Below are positions 12,358-25,899 of a stretch of DNA of 64,000 nt, piece by piece (positions within the stretch are counted from its first letter, which is position 1; each line of letters starts with the position of its first letter). The notes under the pieces were generated by a model. That model had not been told where the DNA came from, did not search any database, and saw only the letters and a program-made list of their open reading frames with translations. A program made the position numbers and the translations under genes. The stretch spans positions 336,226,001 to 336,290,000 of the forward strand of contig OZ024740.1 of the NCBI GenBank assembly GCA_964016885.1, in the 5' to 3' direction. The stretch comes from Eledone cirrhosa. Its lineage: Eukaryota.

Positions 12358-15300
12358 TAACAATTGAAAATTTCCCTCAACGAAATCTTCCAGAGAGAAA
12401 TTAACTCATGTATAAATATCTCTCTGGCTGAACGTGTTAAAATGACAATGGTGAATAAAAAACCAAATAATAAAATACTACGTGTTATTGACGAAATAGG
12501 GGATGAATATTTACGACGGATAAAAACCCCAACATTTTGGCAAATCAACGCCTGTTTATATGCCTTAGCAATGACAGTGAAGCATTATCTTGGTGATAGC
12601 AGAGATATTAACAAGAACAAAACACCACCAAAAATACCATCATATATAACTAAAATAGAAAAAAAGAGTGCTGACCTACGAAAAAACATAGGACATGTGA
12701 TAATGCTCCTTACATGCAAACAAAGACAAAAAAACCTCACTCCTCACCAACAAAGAGTGAAAAATAAAATAGAGACGATGTTTGGTAACAGTAGAACCAG
12801 AACTTTCCAATATAAGCTGATCACACTCAAACAAGAATTGAGAGCTGTTAGCGAAAAACGCCGATACCTGAAGAAGGTAGATGAGAGAAAAATGCTTAAT
12901 AAAAGATTCAGACGAAACCAAACATCAGTCTATACAGATATGACGGGCAAAATAATAAGTGTCACTGAGGCCCCATCTCAGAAAGACATAGATTCCTTTT
13001 GGAGAAAAATATGGGGTGAAAAGAAGAATTTCAACCAAGATGCAGTGTGGTGTGGCTAAGAGAAATCCGAAAGAACTATTGCTCCTACACTACAACAAAA
13101 ACATACGAAATAAGTGAGGGTACCCTTGAGACTGTGATAGGAAAACTCCAAGATAAGAAAACACCAGGAAGAGACATGATTGTCGGCTACTGGTACAAAA
13201 AACTAATATTCTATCGGAGGTATCTTACTGACCTCTACCAACAAGTTCTTAAGGGAGATACACTTATACCAGAATGGTTGACATTAGCACAAACGTTACT
13301 GGTCCCCAAGAACAAAGACACCCACTTGGCAAAAAACTACCGACCCATTGCATGCCAGAACCTGATGTATAAGATGTATATAGCCTGCCTCAACCTATTC
13401 CTCCAAGATCACTGTGAAAATAATGACATCATCACAGATGAACAAGCAGCTGGAAAGAAAAGGGTTTGGGGATGTGCTGAACAACTCCTAATCAACAAAA
13501 CTGCGATGTCGGAGGTGCGACAACTTAGGAGGAATATGACTACAGTCTGGCTGGACTACAAGAAAGCTTTTGATTCTGTTCCCCACTCTTGGATGATAGA
13601 GGCCCTCCAACTTGCTAAAGTCCCAGACATTATTGTCAGAGCCATAGAGAGGCTGTCTTCTTCTTGGGCTACTATCCTAAGGTTAAAGACAGAGAAGGGG
13701 GACTCTATTTTCACTGATAAAATAAAATATTGCAGGGGTATATTTCAGGGGGACAGTCTCTCTGTGATATTGTTCATCTTGTCATTAAACCCCTTGTCCT
13801 TTCTGCTCAAGAAATGTGAGGGATACATCATTGGCTCACAGGAGGACAGAAATACGAACCTAACCCATAACTTCTTTGTGGACGATCTGAAACTCTATGC
13901 CAAGAACATGGATGGGATGAAGAAAAATCTTGACCTTATAGGAATGGAGTTTGGCCAAGATAAATGCTCATACATGACTGTAAAGCGGGGAAAATCAACA
14001 TCCCAATCTAGCAACATTGTCATCAATGGTCTAACTGTTTCACCGATATCTGATGAGGACTGCTACAGATACCTGGGGATAGATGAGAACATATCCTATA
14101 ATAGTATCTGTAATAAAGAACGCGTAACCAGGGAATACTACACCCGATTGAGAAAGATCTGGTCATCGGAACTCTCTGCACAAAACAAAACAGTGGCTCA
14201 CAATGTGTTTGTTATGCCTGTCCTAACACCAACTTTTGGAATACTCAATTGGACGATAGACGAGATCCGAGCAGTTGATGTTGGAACTCGAAAAATACTG
14301 AAAAACACCGGAAACTTCCACATCAACAGTGACATAGACCGCCTTTACTAAGCAGGGAGGCAGAGGCCTAACATCAGTCCAGACAACATTTGAATGTCGC
14401 ATCATATCTCTCCGACAACATCTACGAACTTCGAAGCGTAGGAGCGCGTTTCTCGAGCAAGTCTATCTGCATGGAACAGATAAGATCATGAGAGTTGAGA
14501 AGGAACTCCTTGAGAGATATTCCCTGTGTGATAATCAAAAACTCACACCCAGGGATGTCGCTCAGTAGTATCGCAGTGAATCCATGAATGAAAAACTGCA
14601 TGTCTATCAGCAAAAAATCATGCATGGATATGTTGCCAGGAAGCTCCAGAGTGAGAGTAATATAGATAAGGAAAGTAGTCTATCTTGGACCAACAACCGC
14701 TATATTGGCTCCCACTTTGAAGGATACGCTTTTGCAATCCAAGAACAGGAGATTAGCACGAAATATCTGATTCACAAAAGAGATAGGGATGCAGGCAAAA
14801 CACCTAGATGTGATAACAAGTGCAGATTCTGCAGAACTAACATCGAGGATATCACCCATGTCATCAGCAGCTGCCCAAAGATGTCATCGCGGTACTATCT
14901 ACCTATGAGGCATGATGTAGTGGCCAAAACACTGTACAATGCAGTTCGTTAAAAAGATAGCCCCAATAACAAACACATTAAAAGCTACAACAATGTGGAA
15001 GACATCCATGTACATAATATGAAAGAGTACTGGTGGAATGTTCCAGTAAAAACCCCAATAAAATGCAAGCATAACAGACCAGATATTATGATATGGGACA
15101 GGGAGAAGAAAACATGCACAGTAGTGGAAATTAGCTGCCCAGTAGATGCCAATATAATATCAAAGATTAGTGAAAAGGAGAATATTTATGCAGAACTGAT
15201 GAGAAATCTGCAGATTCTCCACCCTGATTACACCTTCAGATTTATGCCTGTGATTGTTGGGGCACTGGGATATGTTAGTAACTGCCTCAATACAAATCTT

Positions 15301-15644
15301 GAGAAGCTAGGCTTCACAGGAACAGAAAGAACACAACTAGTTAGGAAATTACAAGTACAATCCATTAATGGAACAGTAAAAATATGTAAAACATTCCAAA
15401 TATTTTGCATCTAATAACTGCATATACACATGTACAGATACAAAGCATATACACATGCACACATACAACTCAAAACATACACATCCACACATACAATAAC
15501 ATCCATATCTACACATGCATGCAGACATACATACATATCTACCTAGTTGATGTTGTGTAAATTCCAATGAGAGAGTCTTGTGTCTATGTTAGAAACCGAC
15601 TCTCTCTATTGGTAAAACTTTGTGAAATTATAAAACCAGAAGAA
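12358..15644 (+). mobile_element. Second, divergent R4/Dong-like RT+RLE retrotransposon, 5'-truncated, in (TACA)n
   Basis: ORF pieces 12364-13059, 13047-14351, 14584-14952 and 14995-15414 contain DYKKAFDSVPH, QGDSLS, FVDD, CRFC..H...C, RHD and RPDIMIWD..VEISCP; 3' hairpin gagagagtc/gactctctc before (CATA)n. Confidence 0.93.
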
Positions 15645-15702
15645 CATACATACATACATACATACATACATACATACATACATACATACATACATACATA
15701 CA

Positions 15703-15733
<31 letters not shown>

Positions 15734-15762
15734 CATACATACATACATACATACATACATAC

Positions 15763-16041
15763 ATAGAAACAATGTTTGGTGACAGTACAACTAGAACTCT
15801 TCAATATAAGCTGATCACTCTCAAACAAGAATTGAGAGCTGTCAGCGAGAAACTTACCAGAAGAGGGTGGCGGAAAGAAAAATAATTAATAAATGATTCA
15901 GCCAAAACCAAACATCAGTCTATAGAGATATGACGAGCAAAGTAAATAATGACACAGAGGCCCCATCACAGAAAGACATAGATTTCTTCTGGAGAAAGAT
16001 CAGGGGGGAAAAGAAGAAATTCAACCAAGATACAGTGTGGT
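15763..16041 (+). mobile_element. Internal fragment of the second R4-like family
   Basis: Diverged copy of about 12769-13050, starting directly after a (CATA)n tract. Confidence 0.85.
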
Positions 16042-16183
16042 CTGTGTATGGGGGGGTCTGTGAGTAGGTGTGTATCTGAGTGTGTGTCACTATGTGTGTG
16101 TCACTATGTGTGTGTATGCCAATACGTGTCTCAGTCAACATGTGAATCTCCATTGTGAATGGGTACCTTTGAATATATATATG

Positions 16184-16222
<39 letters not shown>

Positions 16223-16223
16223 A

Positions 16224-16277
<54 letters not shown>

Positions 16278-16483
16278 CATTCGTCTGTGTGTGTGTATGC
16301 GCGCGTGTGTGTTTGTCGCTATATGTGACTCTATGTACGTGTACATATGTCTATATGTACACGTACGGACGTTTTTCAATGTGTATGTTTGTGCATGTGT
16401 GTGTGTATGTGTGTGTGTGTGTATTAGCACGTGAGTGTGTGTTTGTGTGTATGTGTGTGTGTGTCATGTGTACGTATGTGTGT

Positions 16484-16526
16484 GCTTCTGTCATGAGTAC
16501 GTATGTGTGTCCTTCTGTCATGAGTT

Positions 16527-16609
<83 letters not shown>

Positions 16610-18190
16610 CTGTCACGAGTACATATGTCTGCTTCTGTCATGAGTACATATGTGTGTCCTTCTGTCATGAGTACATATGTGTCCTTCTGTCATGAGTACA
16701 TATGTGTGTCCTTCTGTCATGAGTACATATGTCTGCTTCTGTCATGAGTACACATGTGTGTCCTTCTGTCATGAGTACATATGTGTCTGCTTCTGTCATG
16801 AGTACATATGTGTCCTTCTGTCACGAGTACATGTGTCCTTCTGTCATGAGTACATATGTATCCTTCTGTCACGAGTACATATGTGTCCTTCTGTCATGAG
16901 TACGTATGTGTGTCCTTCTGTCATGAGTACATATGTGTCCTTCTGTCATGAGTACATATGTGTCCTTCTGTCATGAGTACATATATGTCCTTCTGTCATG
17001 AGTACATATGTGTGTCCTTCTGTCATGAGTACATATGTGTCCTTCTGTCATGAGTACATATATGTCCTTCTGTCATGAGTACATATGTGTGTCCTTCTGT
17101 CATGAGTACATGTGTGTCCTTCTGTCATGAGTACATATGTGTCCTTCTGTCACGAGTACATATGTGTCCTTCTGTCATGAGTACATATGTGTCCTTCTGT
17201 CATGAGTACATATGTGTCCTTCTGTCATGAGTACATGTGTGTGTCCTTCTGTCACGAGTACATATGTGTGTCCTTCTGTCATGAGTACATATGTATGTGC
17301 TTCTGTCATGAGTACATATGTATGTGATTCTGTCTTGAGTACGTATGTATGTGCTTCTGTCTTGAGTACATATGTGTGTCCTTCTGTCATGAGTACATAT
17401 GTATGTGCTTCTGTCATGAGTACATATGTATGTGATTCTGTCTTGAGTACGTATGTGCTTCTGTCATGAGTACATATGTGTCCTTCTGTCATGAGTACAT
17501 ATGTGTGTCCTTCTGTAACGAGTACATATGCGTGTCCTTCTGTCATGAGTACATATATGTCCTTCTGTCATGAGTACATATATGTCCTTCTGTCATGAGT
17601 ACATATGTGTGTCCTTCTGTCATGAGTACATATGTGTCCTTCTGTCATGAGTACATATATGTCCTTCTGTCATGAGTACATATGTGTGTCCTTCTGTCAT
17701 GAGTACATATGTGTCCTTCTGTCATGAGTACATATATGTGCTTCTATCATGAGTACATATGTGTGCTTCTGTCATGAGTACATATGTGTGCTTCTGTCAC
17801 GAGTACATATGTGTCCTTCTGTCATGAGTACATATGTGTGCTTCTGTCATGAGCACATATATATGTCCTTCTGTCATGAGTACATATAAGTGCTTCTATC
17901 ATGAGTACATATGTGTCCTTCTGTCATGAGTACATATGTGTGCTTCTGTCATGAGTACATATATGTCCTTCTGTCACGAGTACATATGTGTGTCCTTCTG
18001 TCATGAGTACATATATGTGTCCTTCTGTCATGAGTACATATGTGTGTGCTTCTGTTATGTGTCTGCTTCTGTCATGAGTACATATGAGTCTCCTTCTGTC
18101 ATGAGTATATATGTGTCCTTCTGTCATGAGTACATATGTGTCTCCTTCTGTCATGAGTACATATGTGTCTCCTTCTGTCATGAGTACATG
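16484..18190. repeat. Minisatellite, 26-28 bp unit CCTTCTGTCATGAGTACATAT(GT)n, roughly 60 units
   Basis: Directly visible tandem array; unit length varies with GT number; no unique spacers. Confidence 0.95.
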
Positions 18191-18477
18191 TGTGTGTTTG
18201 TATGTGCATATTTGTGTATGTGATTGCCAGTGGTACGTATATAAATATGACTATTTTGTGGCTGTATATACTTTACTGTATTGCAAGGAACGTCAATCAA
18301 AAGTCAAATATTAACCGAAACTTCAAAGTAAGTTTTCTGCGATATTTTTCCTCTGCTTTCATCTCTTAGATCTTCAATATTGATTGAAGACATTCAAGAC
18401 GGTGTATTTGTGAGAAAAAGAATGGCCGTGTAATAGACATTTGTGCGTGAACGTGTATATTTATGTATGTGTGTGTG

Positions 18478-18540
<63 letters not shown>

Positions 18541-18634
18541 ATGTATGTATGTATGTATGTGTGTGTGTCTGTGTCTGTGTGTGTTTGCGTTTGTATGTGC
18601 GTGTGAGTTCCTTCTTTTACATTTATGTTAGTGA

Positions 18635-18670
<36 letters not shown>

Positions 18671-20355
18671 ATTACTACTTGTTTGTATTTACATAACAAT
18701 AAGCGAAGAATTATCTGTGTGTGTATCTGTCTCTTTGTTGTATGTCTGTCTGTGTGTGTGTGTGTGTGTGTGTGTGCATGTGTGTTTGTGTGTGTGTACG
18801 TACATACACACATAGATATATACACATACATATATATGCATACATAGAGACACGAAGAAAGAGGGAGTTAGAGAGAGAGAGAGACAAACACACACACACA
18901 TACACACACGCACGCACGCACTCACACACATGCACCTATATGCATATATTTTCTTTATTATCTTGCATATGGAAGTCATTTTCAGGCTGTGTTATATCAC
19001 GGTAACTGTTGTGGGTTTGAGAATAACCAAAGCGTATTGTACTGTTTGAAGTTAGTTTTATCAAAAATGGAGCAGGTGCCCGTCACTAATAGTAAATTTA
19101 ATAGAGTCCAAAGCTACTTAACTGGTACCTAATGAATAATAGTGGTGTGTATAAATGTTTACACATGACTTGTCTCAGATCATATAACACATTTTGATAT
19201 AAAGGATTTGGGATCCGTTGAGGGATGCGATGAGAACTACAAAGAGCGAGTTGTGTATCTGTCGATATTATACATTAAATATACATTATATTATACATCT
19301 ATGTTTTTATGAAACACTCACTGACTCTTTCACAATGTATACTTGTACACAATTTACAGATTATTCTGTCCTCATATCGGTAAGCTAACAGCCCGTGAAA
19401 GGAATCTCAGTACTATATTCAGTAAATAGTTTAATGTTAGCTAATCGATGAAAAAATGAGTATACAAATAAGGGATGCGAAGGAGAAAAGATCAGGTACT
19501 TTTATACATTTTGTGGTTGTTTGGTTGCATAGAAAGCACTAAGTGAGAGAAAACGTTATAAGTAGACGTGAGATTCCTCGTGATAATACGCTATCGTGAG
19601 TTTAAGTGAGTCGGGTGTAAACTCCTGCAAACGTACATTAACTTTAAAAGTGATGTGATGTATATAGCTATATATGCTTTGTACCTATATCTAGCCCGTC
19701 TATTTATTTGGTTGGTATAATCTGTGTTGCTATGTATGCAGTATAACTATGTCTTGTTCATCAATCTATTCAGGTTGAGGGTTGTGTAAGGCGTATAGCC
19801 ACACTTGATCTATAATTACGCCTATTTCGGGTAAGTGGTGGGTTTGAAATGCAGTTATGTACTTACGGTGCATATATAAGGATACCCTCTCTGAGTTGTG
19901 GTTGAGAAGTTAGTCCTAAAAAAATAGGATCTCCAGAAATGAGATTCATTGGGGAAAAGGTCAACACCCATTACCATTATATGGTCTCGCTTTGGCCAAC
20001 ATAATCTACATAAGGTGGTAATGTATACTTTGATCATTTTAGTTGACATATATTTTCATAATGAAGTTATGTTTGATCTCGATAGATTTTTAAACACGTA
20101 AATATATGAATAGTATTGCGTTTTAAAATATTGTCGATGTGGCATATATATTCCTATATTGAGTAGTGAATTCTAACTGTACATTTGTATACATTGTCGC
20201 TTATTAGTCATTTATCGGTGTGATTGCTGGAGTTATAGCTTCAAATAATAATATTATGTGTTGACGTGATGTCAGTTACTGCTGTTCATATGATTCTTGT
20301 TGTTTCCAAAGATGTGACTCGTGTTATTATCATTATCGTGTTATTATCATTACAG

Positions 20356-20470
20356 CTTTGCCTTTCATCCTTACGGCGTCGATAAAATAAAGTACCAGTA
20401 ATGCACTGGGGTTGATTTAATCAACTTTCTCCTCTCCCTAAATTGCTGACATTGTGCCTATAGTAGAAAT
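20356..20470 (+). mobile_element. SINE 3' portion with MetaSINE/MESC-type core
   Basis: ctttgcctttcatccttacggcgtcgataaaataaagtaccag, as in the copies at 32960, 49045 and 62614. Confidence 0.75.
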
Positions 20471-20474
20471 CATT

Positions 20475-20890
20475 ATTTTTATTATTATTTGAAACCTCCT
20501 TCGAATTCTGCATCTTCCCCACGTCTTGCCGAGTGTCAACAAGATACCTGAGGCACAATTTGGTAATACACACTGTTAACAATTAATTGTCATACAAATG
20601 ATAGCATAGAGTGATAAAGAACAGTAAATGTCTTTGCAATGTATTTAAGTTGATATTGCTCCTCTCAAGACATGAAAGTGCCAGTCAGCATTATTTTCTG
20701 TATATCTTGCAGTAATGGCTTTCCAGGTATCTAGAAGAAATATCTTTGAGTTCCCTTTTTATCATACCAAGTGCACCAACTATTACTGCTGTTGTACAGG
20801 CTTTAAGAAGTTATCAGATCTTTATACCTACTGAGCTTTCGGAACTCTTTCGATATCTTACGATCTGATGGAATGTTCATGTCGATTACA
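20475..20890 (-). mobile_element. 3' fragment of a Dong/R4-type RLE element with (TAA)n-like tail
   Basis: Minus strand reads IDMNIPSDRKISKEFRKLSRYKDL...VIVGALGMIK...LQDIQKIMLTGT, then 3' UTR and aataataa tail. Confidence 0.8.
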
Positions 20891-21181
20891 CGCACATACA
20901 CACGCCTATTGATATGTAAATACAAACAAATAGTAATATATATATATATATATGTGAAAAAATGGGGAGAAGAATACTGCTGGTTGCACATGGATAACAT
21001 GTAATAAAATAAGTCCCTCATCAGTGATTTGCCGACGATCATAGATATTTCATTGCATTAAAAATCATATATATATATATATATATATATATAATGTAGG
21101 AGGTGAGTTTTATTGTAGTACAATAAAGCAATGCAGATATCCGATAAGAAGCCCTCTATAGTTTGTAGGACTGGAGTATAC

Positions 21182-21383
21182 ATAATATATAAGAACAAAA
21201 GATGGTTAAAAGAGTTTCATGTATTTTGATTTAAAACTGAACTATCCACAAGTGTTTTTTAACCTTCATATGTCTTCCTGTTTTATCTGATGAAAACACA
21301 AATATTATTGCATGATATTTGTTTTTGAAATGCGCATAATAAAATACATGGAACTCTTTTAACCATCTTTTGTTCTTATATAT

Positions 21384-21386
<3 letters not shown>
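21182..21386. repeat. Inverted repeat (46-bp arms) enclosing a hammerhead, in (TA)n context
   Basis: 21182-21227 versus 21341-21386, 1 mismatch. Confidence 0.9.
21281..21344 (+). ncRNA. Minimal type I hammerhead ribozyme
   Basis: ttttat-CTGATGA-[~14-bp stem II]-GAAA-tgcgca-TA-ataaaa; stem I ttttat/ataaaa; palindromic helix III loop. Confidence 0.85.
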
Positions 21387-21830
<444 letters not shown>

Positions 21831-22059
21831 CGTGTATGTGTGTGTATTATTATTTCTGGCAATATTATTACTACAATATGCCCCTCCCCAAGTATAACAG
21901 TATATATATATATATATATACTCTTTTACCTGTTCCAGCCATACAGGCTCAAACGTACAAGCGTACAAGAAGGAACTCATGCGCACATACAAACACAAAC
22001 GTACACAAACACTCACACTCAACTGCACACACAAATACACACACGTTCACGTACAAATG

Positions 22060-22600
22060 TCTATTACACGGCCGTTTCTTTTTATGGTCCTTAACAATTA
22101 TATTAGGTCTGTTGGCCTTGATCGTTCTGTCGGTGTTCGCGGGGAAATTCCATAGGATTATCACATTCTCGCCCCCTGTTACTGCATCTGGGTGACGGTT
22201 GTACTATTTACCCTCAGTCATTATATCTTAAAACCTGCATATTACACAGTTAAATATCACCCTACTCTATTATGCCTCGTTTCATATTGCTGGAGAGCTA
22301 ATACAATGCAGCCTGACACCTGGTGGTCAATGATCTTAACATTCTCAATACCGAATCGACACTGGGTCACTTCTACTTCTGATCACTTTGGCTTCAAAGT
22401 TAACCGTTGAAAAACACTGATCTTCTGCAGCCAAAATGGAGACCTCACTCTCTGCTTTTAACCCAGAACTTCGCAGCCGCTGATAGGTGATATTTTGATC
22501 TGCATCAGGTTCTTTACTATGTAGAACATGCTGCTCATGCATTGGATTTTGCTTCTATTAAGTGCACAGTCTCCGTTGATCTTCATGTTTTACCAACATT
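22060..22600 (-). mobile_element. Dong/R4-type element fragment (Zn-knuckle region to start of RLE)
   Basis: LRSSGLKAESEVSILAAEDQ and WNFPANTDRTIKANRPNIIVKDHKKK; continues in protein order into the 20475-20890 piece. Confidence 0.8.
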
Positions 22601-23225
22601 TTGATGTTATTGATGTTGTTATTATTATTAAAGAATTAAATTAATTGAGAAAAAATTATTATTATTAGGATTGGTAGAGCGTCGGAGACATTGCTTTTCG
22701 GTATATAGTTACGGTCCTTTACGTTCTGAGTTCAAATCCTGGTGTTGTTGTTGTTGTCATTGTTTTTGTTGTTGTTGTTGTTATTGCTGTTGCTGTCGTT
22801 TGTAAAATCTTCGCCGTAATGAATAAAAACTATCACACGGGTTGCGGTTTTTAGTAATTTCCCTCGGTAATATATTTTTCTCAATAAACATACATACGAA
22901 TTTGGTTCGTTGTATATTGGGTAGGTTTTTCAGTCTGTCAATCACTGCTCGAGTGGGTGTGTTACTACAGATCTCATTCTTGAGGTAAATCATTATTATT
23001 GATAAAGAAATCATTCTTGAGGTAAATGTTTCAATAATTTTAATCTATTTTGCCGACGTTCGACGTCGTAAGACTGATCAGTGTTGTTGTTTTTAATAAA
23101 GTAAAGAATATATGTGGATGTATGTGTATAAATTTGTATGTGTATGTGTGAATATGCATTTTTTTTCAGCATAGATATATGTACACAGATAGATAGATAG
23201 ATGGATAGATAGATGGATGGATATA

Positions 23226-23366
23226 TTTCTTTATTTGCCACTAGGGCACAAGAGAAAGGGACAAATACAGAGGGGGGAGTTTACATAAATGCGAGTAAAG
23301 AAAAAGGCATAACAATAAGAATAATATAATAATAAAAAGTCCTCAAAAGGGAGGGGGCGTGTTGGG
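23226..23366 (-). mobile_element. Tx1 3'-UTR-only copy between (GATA)n tracts
   Basis: Near-identical to 25669-25810. Confidence 0.85.
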
Positions 23367-23367
23367 T

Positions 23368-23406
<39 letters not shown>

Positions 23407-23407
23407 T

Positions 23408-24536
23408 GTTTCTTTATTAGCCACAGGGGCGAAAAAGAAGGGGACAAATACAAAGGGGGAAGTTTACATACAATAAAAACGTGTAAAATGTTATCACAAA
23501 TGGAATTTAAAAAGTTAGGCGATTTTCCCCAATAGGGGGAGACAGTTTATATGGGTAACACATACCCCCGAAAAAATGTGCAACCCTCGTCTCCAGGAGT
23601 ACGAAGAGTTTGTACTCCTTTCCTCTCCTCCTCCTTTTCCTCAACCCACAGGCTGATATAGAGAGAAGGCCCATTCACTAGGGCCATTCTCGCCACTTTC
23701 ACCCACCTTTCATAAAACTTGCTGGGGTACAGCACCTCTCTCTCCATCCTGATTCTTCTTCCAAAGTGGTATTTGAAAAAAAGAATCAGTTGTTGGCCGG
23801 AGAGAAAGGTGTCTGACCTCAGCCCTTTCAACCTTGTCCACCATACAATCTCTTTCGCCATAGCTATCACACAAAGGAAAACCGCCTCTCCTTCGTTTTT
23901 GAAGGAGGGTGGCGGTTTGATCATGACAATGGACTCGGTGGTCAACTGGATTGGTCCCACCCGCGACAATAGTCGTTCTACATAGCCCCACAGGTCAGTG
24001 ACGCCCGGGCAGTGTATGAATGCGTGCGCGACGGTTTCTTCGTCTCGCACGCACCTCGGACAGATCTTTTTTGCAGGGTCCCTGCCCGGGCGCCCATGTC
24101 TGTAGAGCTTGTCTCGGACTGGTAGAGCTCCTCGGTAGCACTGCCAGGCCAGGGACTTTTGGAAGTTGTCCATCGGTCTCGGGCGGAAGGTCCTACCGAA
24201 CAGACTGGCCAGTTCATCTTCCTCTACGCCTAGAGTTTCACCGAGCGCGTCGTCGCACTTGCTGCGGATCAACCCTCTATAGAATGACGAAGTGGAGTCT
24301 CCACTGATCGCCGGGTCCGCCTGCCAGAGGGCTGTGAGCGCCTGAGCACATTCGATGTGCCAGTCGCCCATTTTCCTCGGTCTTTGCTTGACCCAGGACT
24401 GCAGCTCGGTCAGCGAGACGAGTCGTGGGAAGGCTCGCCTCACGAACGGGGCCCACACCGGTTGTCCGGTGAGGAATACGTAGAGATGCCGCAGCCTGAG
24501 CGCGTGTTTGCGCATCGTCAACCACGGCATCCCCAG
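23408..24536 (-). mobile_element. 5'-truncated Tx1 copy (ORF2 C-terminus + 3' UTR)
   Basis: LGMPWL...CPRCVRDEETVAHAFIHC; bounded by (GATA)n. Confidence 0.92.
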
Positions 24537-24558
24537 AGATAGATAGATAGATAGATAT

Positions 24559-25502
24559 CTTTCTCTATTTGCCACAGGGGCGTACAAAAATGGGACATTA
24601 CAAGACGTGACGGCGGAGGTTTTACATAAAATATTTAACAATGACAAATAACAATAAACTATATAAAAATAAAACAATTGAAATCCTCATTAGGGGGGGG
24701 GGCGCTACTCCAGGGTTGTTTTACACCCCGTGGATAGAACAACCCTTAACACCAGGAACACGTTTCGTTTATCTTCCTCAACCTACAGGTTTATATACAG
24801 AGAAGGCCCATTCACTTGGACCATTTTCGGCACATTCACTCACCTTTCAGCGAATTTACTGAGGTGTAGCACCTCTCTCTCCACTCTCACCTTCCTTCTG
24901 AAGTGGTACTTAAAGAAGGGATAAGTTTTTGTCCGGAGAAAAAGGTGCTTGCCGTAATCCTTTTAACCTCGTCCACCATATTGCCTCTTTCGCCATAGCC
25001 ACTAGACAGAGGAAAACCGCCTCTCCTTCATTCTTAAATGAAGGTGGCGGGTTGATCCTCACGATGGACTCGGCTGACAACTGGATGCGTCCTACGCGTG
25101 ACAGTAGCTGTTCGACATAATTCCACAGGTCGGTCACCCCTGGGCACTGAACAATTGCGTGCAGAACGGTTTCGATGTCCTGCTCGCATCTTGGACGGGT
25201 TCTTTTGGCAGGATCTCTGCCAGGGCGTCCGTGCCTGTTGATTTTGTCTCGAACTGGTAGAGCTCCTCGGTAGCACTGCCAGGCCAAGGACCTCTGGAAG
25301 TTATCCCTAGCCCCTGGACGGAAAGTCCTCCCGAACAATTGGTCAGTTCGTCCTCCTCGATGCCTAGAGTTTCCTCGAGAACGTCGTCGCACTTACCCTC
25401 CACTAATCCCCTATAGAATGTCGAAGTGGAGTCTCCGCTGATTGCCGTTTCCGCTTGGTAGAGAGCAGTGAGCGCCTGAAGGCACTCGAGGTGCCAGGCA
25501 CA
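24559..25502 (-). mobile_element. 5'-truncated, more diverged Tx1 copy
   Basis: NFQRSLAWQCYRGALPVRDK...ETVLHAIVQC with frameshifts; bounded by (GATA)n. Confidence 0.9.
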
Positions 25503-25513
25503 ATAGATAGATT

Positions 25514-25602
<89 letters not shown>

Positions 25603-25899
25603 ACAGGCAGACAGACAGGTAGACGGACAGACAAACAGAGAGATAGATGATAGATAGATAGATAGATAAATTTCTATTTATTTGCCACGAGGGCACAAAA
25701 GAAGGGGACAAATACACAGTGGGGGAGTTTACATAAATCGAGTAAAGAAAAAGGAATAACAATAATAATATAATAATAAAAAGTCCTCAAAAGGGAGGGG
25801 GCGTGTTCGGGATTGCACATACCCCCGAAAAGTGTGCAACTCTTTTCGCGGGGGAAGCCCAGAGAGGAGGCGCTCCCCCTTTCCTCTTCACTTCTTCAC

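Noticed and set aside
16484-18190. CRISPR-like array, or repeat proteins (MSTYVCPSV, CHEYIC)
   Set aside because: No unique spacers, no cas genes, eukaryotic context; a plain minisatellite
23547-24677. 376-aa ORF with a hydrophobic N-terminus
   Set aside because: Chance read-through from one Tx1 3' UTR across (TATC)n into the next truncated copy
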